A stretch of 21,040 nt of DNA. It comes from Candidatus Bathyarchaeum sp. Lineage in GTDB: Archaea > Thermoproteota > Bathyarchaeia > Bathyarchaeales > Bathyarchaeaceae. Of this stretch, positions 15,797-21,040 are shown piece after piece. Numbering within the stretch: the stretch's first letter is position 1; the number at the start of each line of letters is the position of its first letter. Where the stretch lies: assembly GCA_026014495.1 (NCBI GenBank), contig JAOZIF010000079.1, forward strand, positions 1-21,040, given 5' to 3'. The notes beneath the pieces were generated by a model. It did no database searches, had not been told where the DNA came from, and was given only the letters and a program-made list of their open reading frames with translations. The translations under genes and the position numbers were made by a program.

Positions 15797-16750
15797 TCAA
15801 CTCTGCAACAATTTCACGTTATCCTGTGTGGCTTGTCGTTTTTCCCGTATTTTGCGGCTTATGAACAATGCAACAGTTATGACTGCTGTAGCGACAACCA
15901 AAACCAGTTGGACGAAAAACCAGATGGTTGTCATGTTAACTCGAGCCCAAAAAATGTCCCAGTTAAAGAATTCAAGATTCAAGTTGTCTGAATACGAGCT
16001 TAACTCTAAACTTCCTCCAAGAAGTAAGACAATTCCTAGTTTTTTCAAGAGCACATCATTCAAAGAGTACCCCGAATACACAAGCATGCCCGTGTCGGGG
16101 TCGTAACCCAAAATCACGGACAGTGGCCAGCCTTCTTGTGTTCTTGTTAGATGCGACGAAACCATTACTGCAGTAACGCCGTACGGTTCAAGAGCTATCG
16201 AAGGATGCCCTGCTGTAGATTGTACATTTGCGGTTAACTGCCAATCTTGGGTTTCAGTTAACATAATGTATTGGTTTTTAGTTACGTTAGGATTAATCAA
16301 GAAAACTGATCGTGTAGAATCGACTACTAGATTACCGTCCACGATACTGCCGTCTATGGTTGCCTCTTTTGTAAATTTGTCACACTCCAGGGCGATTTTT
16401 ATGGTGCACTCGTTTCCGCTCTTTTCGGTAATCCAATAAGTCAGTGACAAATTTTTTGAGCTAATGTGGCTTCCGTCAGTTAAAACCATAATAAAAGAGT
16501 TGTTTTGTTGCAGTACGCCTTTTAATTCCACATAAGAAGAGTTGGGCGTGCTTTTGGCAATAGATGGCACGGATAATGGCGTCAAGGGGTTCATGAGCAA
16601 AACAACTGAAGAAAACAAAGCAACTGCTAAACTAGCCACAAGAAAGCCGACTACTGGAGTGGGTAGTTTTTTAAATTTAGTTTTTGGTATTTTTGGCTCT
16701 GCAGGAAGCCAGCCTCGGATGCTTTGCTCAAAAAAGTTTTTGAAGCTCAT
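15797..16750 (-). CDS. Hypothetical 2-TM membrane protein with N-terminal IRGWLPAE motif and large extracytoplasmic loop
   Basis: 317-aa ORF with an ATGA overlap with the HTH gene; TM near residues 31-53, about 220 aa of soluble S/T-rich domain, a second TM and a basic tail. Confidence 0.8.
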   Translation of the reverse strand: MSFKNFFEQSIRGWLPAEPKIPKTKFKKLPTPVVGFLVASLAVALFSSVVLLMNPLTPLSVPSIAKSTPNSSYVELKGVLQQNNSFIMVLTDGSHISSKNLSLTYWITEKSGNECTIKIALECDKFTKEATIDGSIVDGNLVVDSTRSVFLINPNVTKNQYIMLTETQDWQLTANVQSTAGHPSIALEPYGVTAVMVSSHLTRTQEGWPLSVILGYDPDTGMLVYSGYSLNDVLLKKLGIVLLLGGSLELSSYSDNLNLEFFNWDIFWARVNMTTIWFFVQLVLVVATAVITVALFISRKIREKRQATQDNVKLLQS

Positions 16751-17235
16751 GAACTCACCTCGGGCACAAGTTTGCCAAATATTATGTGAGCCAGTTTGGC
16801 GGGGTGCATTTCTGTTATGCCTTCTAATTCTATGCCCTGTTCTTTGGCGATGTCTAGGAGATAGTTTCGGGTCTGGTTGAGGAATTGTTTGTTTGTTATT
16901 TCTTCTGGGTTGTCGTGCCAGTACCAGACTTTGATTCCGTGGCTTGTGGTGTAGGTGATTATTGCTTTGCGTTTGAGTGCAGGGTGGTAGCCTAAGAGTA
17001 TGGCTTTTTTTGGGTATATTTTTGTTACTTGGAGGTCGTTTGCTCCTGCAACGTCTAGAAGGGTTGTGGATAGTTTTGCTTCTGCTGTTAGTCTTGTTTG
17101 GTTGATGTATTGTCGTGTGGTTTTGAGTTTAGTTGCTATTGTGGATACTGAGAATCCTTTGTTTAGTAGTGACCAGACTGTTTTTTGTTTTTGGCTTAGT
17201 GGTGATGCTAATGACTTTGTGTTCATAACAGTCAC
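16747..17235 (-). CDS. HTH regulator with sigma-70 region 4/LuxR-like N-terminus and uncharacterised C-terminal domain
   Basis: 'LSQKQKTVWSLLNKGFSVSTIATKLKTTRQYINQTRLTAEAKL' fits the LTxxQ...GxSxxxIAxxL...xAxxKL pattern. Start is GTG 17235 or ATG 17226. Confidence 0.75.
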   Translation of the reverse strand: MTVMNTKSLASPLSQKQKTVWSLLNKGFSVSTIATKLKTTRQYINQTRLTAEAKLSTTLLDVAGANDLQVTKIYPKKAILLGYHPALKRKAIITYTTSHGIKVWYWHDNPEEITNKQFLNQTRNYLLDIAKEQGIELEGITEMHPAKLAHIIFGKLVPEVSS

Positions 17236-17236
17236 G

Positions 17237-17258
17237 TGTAAATATCTGGATATTTACA
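17237..17258. promoter_or_regulatory. Perfect inverted repeat TGTAAATATC-TG-GATATTTACA; candidate operator
   Basis: 10-bp perfect arms lying between the minus-strand TATA-like TTTTAAATA (17261-17269) and the HTH start. Confidence 0.75.
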
Positions 17259-17367
17259 AATATTTAAAATTTGCTACACAACACAAAAAACAATACCTAA
17301 TTTTGGGTTAAACATTTAAACCGCCCCTACATCCAACATTCTAGAAACCTCAAGGAAGCTGGAAAAT

Positions 17368-18180
17368 ACGGTAAAGTGTCAACACTGTGGCGACGACGTT
17401 GTTCTCCCGTTCAAATGCAACTACTGTGGAGGCTACTTCTGCGGCGACCACCGAATCCCAGAAAGCCATAACTGCCCCGAAGCATGGAAAGCCAAAGCAC
17501 CACGAGAAGCCCCCCCACTAATAACCAACAAAGGCTGGTCTAAAACGCCATCATACAAATACACCATATCTTACACACCACAAACAGCCAGAATATTTGG
17601 ATTCAGCAAAATAGAACTCAAACATTTGCTCATTGGAACACTTCTAGTCCTAGGAGTTGGCTTAACATATTTCTTATACATCACAGATTCAACAGCAACT
17701 CCATTAATGATAGCCGGACTGACAATAGCCTTTGCCTTATCCTTTCTGCTTCACGAAATCGCCCACAAATTCACAGCACAACACTTCAACATGTGGGCAG
17801 AATTCAGGTTAACCCTGCAAGGAGCACTCATAACATTAGTCTCAGTGTTTCTTCCTCCACCATTCAAAATCATCTCTCCCGGAGCAGTAATGATTGTAGG
17901 CTCAGGAACAAGGGAAAGCATCGGAAAAACAGCCCTTGCAGGACCAGTAACAAACCTGTTACTTTCAACTGGATGCATCCTACTCGGAATGGCTACTCAA
18001 AATCTCTTCTGGTTTGTAGGCTTCATCAACGCGTTTCTTGCAGTTTTTAATCTCATTCCATTTGGCGTATTTGATGGCTTGAAGGTTTTCAGATGGAACA
18101 AAATATTTTGGGCTGCAGCGTTTATAGTAGCACTTGCGTTGACAATTTACAGTTATAGCCCTGCACTAGCAGCCTTTTAG
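17368..18180 (+). CDS. AN1-type zinc finger fused to site-2 protease (peptidase M50); apparent ACG start
   Basis: The frame is open from 17320. From 17368 it reads (M)VKCQHCGDDVVLPFKCNYCGGYFCGDHRIPESHNCP, then FSKIELKHL, HEIAH (HExxH) and NLIPFGVFDG (NxxPxxxxDG). The ORF track start at 17626 truncates the zinc finger. Confidence 0.85.
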   Translation, partial: TVKCQHCGDDVVLPFKCNYCGGYFCGDHRIPESHNCPEAWKAKAPREAPPLITNKGWSKTPSYKYTISYTPQTARIFGFSKIELKHLLIGTLLVLGVGLTYFLYITDSTATPLMIAGLTIAFALSFLLHEIAHKFTAQHFNMWAEFRLTLQGALITLVSVFLPPPFKIISPGAVMIVGSGTRESIGKTALAGPVTNLLLSTGCILLGMATQNLFWFVGFINAFLAVFNLIPFGVFDGLKVFRWNKIFWAAAFIVALALTIYSYSPALAAF

Positions 18181-18209
18181 AAACAGACTAGAAAAAGAAG
18201 AATAGACTC

Positions 18210-18518
18210 TTACATCAGTTCTATGCTGACGAAAACTTCTTCGGGCACACGAACCCTCATGATTCTTCGCATAACCCGTTCTTCAGCGTCAACTATGATA
18301 AGGCGTTTGTGTATTCGCAACTCCCACCTATCCCATGTTGCAGTTCCTTGACCACATGGAGTTTTGCGTACTGGAACTTTTAGATGCTTTGTGGGCAGAG
18401 GATGTGGTCCAGTGATTTTCACGCCAGTCTTCTCGGCGATAAGCTTTAGTTCTCCACATACGTTCTCAAGCTTTTTGTAATCTGTGCTTGTCAGCTTGAT
18501 TCTTGCTTTTCTTACCAT
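18210..18518 (-). CDS. rps10: 30S ribosomal protein S10 (uS10)
   Basis: 'KARIKLTS...GPHPLPTKHLKVPVRKTPCGQGTATWDRWELRIHKRLI'; ATG 18518 with GGGAGT upstream. Confidence 0.97.
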   Translation of the reverse strand: MVRKARIKLTSTDYKKLENVCGELKLIAEKTGVKITGPHPLPTKHLKVPVRKTPCGQGTATWDRWELRIHKRLIIVDAEERVMRRIMRVRVPEEVFVSIELM

Positions 18519-18662
18519 CGCCAAGATACTCCCTTTGATGTTGCCTTATCGTATTTCCGCGTTTTAAATACTTTTTCCCTATTACACCCGATTTAATGTC
18601 AGCACTTCAGAAATACCTTTGGGTTTTTGCGATATTAAGCCTACAAAAAACACGGTTTTAGA

Positions 18663-19589
18663 CTAAATTGGAAGGACTAAACCAGCCAACTCGCCAAACA
18701 GCAGATAGCTTGACACAACATAGCCCAGAATTGCGCCGCTGCACAGGTAAGGCAGTCCTGCTTGTGGTTTTCCTTTGATTACAACTGACATGAGAACTGC
18801 AAAGCCTACAAGTGTGCCAATCATCACTGACAGTGCTACTAAAAGCCCGTTGTCTGGAACGTTTTGCAGTGCAGAAACAACCAGAATTCCAGGCATAACT
18901 ATGTCTCCTAAGCCCAAGAAGAAGGCTTCTCGTTCTTCTTTGTCTTCAATTTTTTCTTTTATTCCCTTTGTTTGTTTGAGCAAAGAATACTGTCGCGCTT
19001 TTGGTACAACCAGCATGACTGGTAATTTGAGGTCCATGACTGCGTCTGCAAGGTCGATCATGTGTTTTGTTTTGTATACTGAGATTGCGTCGTATATTGC
19101 TAGGCCAATGAGTAGGACGATTACCAGAAATATGCTAAGGGAGATTCCGAAGATTCCGATTGCGCCTACGCCAACGATTATTCCTGTCAGGTCTATTACG
19201 TACCATTCAGGATATTTTATTAATGCCGCAACCAAGATTGCCGCCGCGCTTATCGAGATTAGCAGTGCCAAGTCGGCGGAGACAACAAAAGATAGTAGTG
19301 GATAGAAGACAAAGAATGATGTGTACGCGATTGAGCCTAGTATGATGACTTGTATGAACTGTTTTTTCCAGAATTTGGCGATTAGAAGTATTGTAAGTGT
19401 GACCACTAACATTGTTATGAAGAAGACAAGCAGGTTTGTGGGGTCGTTTGGGTTTTCGAAAACGTCTAGTCCTGTTGCTTCGAAGGGCTGAGTTATCAGC
19501 ATGGACAGGCTGTGGATTACGATGAACAGTCCGCCCATCAGAAACATGGGAAAAACAGATGAACCCCTTTCCTTTTTTTCGTTGGACAT
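18663..19589 (-). CDS. Presenilin-family intramembrane aspartyl protease (PSH-like)
   Basis: Catalytic 'YDAISVY' and 'LGLGD', C-terminal 'PQAGLPYL', multi-TM; ATG 19589 is preferred. Confidence 0.93.
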   Translation of the reverse strand: MSNEKKERGSSVFPMFLMGGLFIVIHSLSMLITQPFEATGLDVFENPNDPTNLLVFFITMLVVTLTILLIAKFWKKQFIQVIILGSIAYTSFFVFYPLLSFVVSADLALLISISAAAILVAALIKYPEWYVIDLTGIIVGVGAIGIFGISLSIFLVIVLLIGLAIYDAISVYKTKHMIDLADAVMDLKLPVMLVVPKARQYSLLKQTKGIKEKIEDKEEREAFFLGLGDIVMPGILVVSALQNVPDNGLLVALSVMIGTLVGFAVLMSVVIKGKPQAGLPYLCSGAILGYVVSSYLLFGELAGLVLPI

Positions 19590-19704
19590 TTTCTTCTTAA
19601 CAACACAGTTACTCACTTATAGAGTTTATTTAATGTCAAGAAGTTTTGTGGATACGTTATTTTGATATACGTGGTTTGCTGTTCTTGTTGTGTGGAGATT
19701 TGCT

Positions 19705-20751
19705 TTGAATTTTGTTGATGTTCTTGAGAAACTTTCGAACGCTAATGGAGTAACAGGACGAGAAGACCAAGTTCGAAACCTTATGAAGGAATACATGGCG
19801 CCCTACGTTGACGAGGTCAGCGAAGACAAGCTTGGGAACTTGATTGCTTTCAAGAAGGGAAAGAAAGCTGATGCGCCGACTGTTATGATTGCTGCGCACA
19901 TGGACGAGGTTGGGTTGATGGTAAAAAACATCAAGAAGAAGGGGTTTTTGCAGTTTACAAAGATTGGCGGGATTGATGACCGTGTTTTGTTGGCGCAAAA
20001 GGTTGTTGTTCACACGGATAAGGGGTCTTTATTTGGGGTTGTTGGCTCAAAGCCTGTTCATATACAAAATGAGGTAGAGCGAAAGAAAGTCATTGAGGCA
20101 GACAAGCTGTTTATTGATGTTGGAGCTAAGGATAAAGAAGAAGCAGAGCGGATGGGTGTTCAGGTTGGAGATGTTGTGAGTTTTGACACAACGTTTGCTA
20201 GGCTGAGCGATACTGTTGTTTTGGGGAAGGCTTTTGATGATCGTGTTGGATGCGCCGTGCTCATTGAGGTCTTAAAGCGGTTGCCAGAGGTTGACTGTAA
20301 CGTTTATGCTGTGGGGACAATCCAAGAGGAGGTTGGTCTTCGGGGTGCTACGATTGCTGCTTTTCAGATAAAGCCTGATTTGGGTATTGCTTTGGATGCA
20401 AGTGTTTCTGGGGACACTCCGGGCGTAAGTGAGGGAGAGGCGCCTGCGAAGATGGGGGCTGGTCCTGTGGTGACTGTGGCTGATGCGGGTTTGATTGCGC
20501 ATCCGAAGGTGCTTAGGTTGCTTATTGATTCTGCTAAACAGAACAGTATCGGTTATCAGTTGGAGACTGGAGTTAGGGGTGCTACGGATGCTGCTCGGAT
20601 TGCTTTGAGCAGGGATGGTGTGCCTAGTGGTGTGGTGTCTACTCCTGCGCGTTATATTCATAGTCCAGCCGCTATTTTGGATGTTGAGGATGCAAAGAAG
20701 TCTGTTGAGCTTGTTGTTGCGGCTATAGTTAATGCTTCAAAGCATTTCTAG
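19705..20751 (+). CDS. M42 family metallopeptidase (TET-like aminopeptidase)
   Basis: 'AAHMDEVG', 'KAFDDRVGC', 'QEEVGLRGA', 'GATDA' and 'RYIHSP'; TTG 19705 after GGAGA is the likely start. Confidence 0.93.
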   Translation: MNFVDVLEKLSNANGVTGREDQVRNLMKEYMAPYVDEVSEDKLGNLIAFKKGKKADAPTVMIAAHMDEVGLMVKNIKKKGFLQFTKIGGIDDRVLLAQKVVVHTDKGSLFGVVGSKPVHIQNEVERKKVIEADKLFIDVGAKDKEEAERMGVQVGDVVSFDTTFARLSDTVVLGKAFDDRVGCAVLIEVLKRLPEVDCNVYAVGTIQEEVGLRGATIAAFQIKPDLGIALDASVSGDTPGVSEGEAPAKMGAGPVVTVADAGLIAHPKVLRLLIDSAKQNSIGYQLETGVRGATDAARIALSRDGVPSGVVSTPARYIHSPAAILDVEDAKKSVELVVAAIVNASKHF

Positions 20752-20783
20752 TCAACGGGTTCCCCGAAGCGGTGGGGTTAGTC

Positions 20784-21040
20784 ATGAAGAAGCAGTTCAG
20801 GTTCTTGGAGCACACAGCCGACGCCTATATTGAGGCATACGGCGCCAGTTTAGAGCAAGCTTTTGAGAGTGCTGGGGCTGGGTTGGTTGATGTGATGACT
20901 GAGCTTGAAGCTGTTGACGCAAAGGTTGAGCAAAGTTTTGTGGTGGAGGCGCAGGATGAGCAGGCGCTTTTGTATAGCTGGCTTGAGGAGTTGCTGCTTG
21001 CGTTTGAGTTAACGGGCATGCTGTATTCTCGTTTTGAGGT
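20784..21040 (+). CDS. Archease (partial, runs off the window end)
   Basis: Translated by hand from ATG 20784: MKKQFRFLEHTADAYIEAYGASLEQAFESAG...ALLYSWLEELL, containing the archease 'EHTAD' motif. It is absent from the ORF track because it is truncated. Confidence 0.92.
   Translation, partial: MKKQFRFLEHTADAYIEAYGASLEQAFESAGAGLVDVMTELEAVDAKVEQSFVVEAQDEQALLYSWLEELLLAFELTGMLYSRFE

Noticed and set aside
8970-17330. Integrated element or genomic island downstream of tRNA-Met
   Set aside because: No integrase, transposase or viral genes. The only echo of the tRNA 3' end is a 7-mer (CCGCCCC at 17321-17327), too short to call an att site.
18775-19345. Antisense ORFs inside the presenilin gene, and similar ones in proS, the antiporter, the ABC genes and M42
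   Set aside because: They are shadow frames of confident genes with no independent signals.

Overview
Archaeal chromosomal window, most likely Bathyarchaeia/TACK. This is inferred from S26e, archaeal-type ProRS, a presenilin homologue, archease and a NosD-type surface protein. The housekeeping flanks are, on the left, two Lrp/AsnC regulators, rps26e, a CDP-alcohol phosphatidyltransferase, proS, aor, a Na/Ca-type antiporter and DedA, and on the right an AN1-finger/site-2 protease, rps10, presenilin, an M42 peptidase and archease. Between them lie a tRNA-Met(CAU) with a non-canonical intron at 45/46 and an accessory-looking block at about 9.0-17.3 kb. That block holds a propeller/beta-helix/PEF-CTERM surface protein, a flavodoxin, and an operon of a ZnuABC-like ABC transporter plus a methyltransferase; the transporter's metal ligands are rewritten and its promoter carries a NikR-like 28-bp operator. 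It also holds an HTH gene coupled to two membrane proteins sharing an N-terminal IRGWLPxE motif, preceded by a perfect 10-2-10 palindrome and divergent from a site-2 protease gene whose expected ATG reads ACG. The HTH/GWLP module and the atypical metal transporter are the best candidates for undescribed systems. All calls come from motif recognition by eye; no searches were run.
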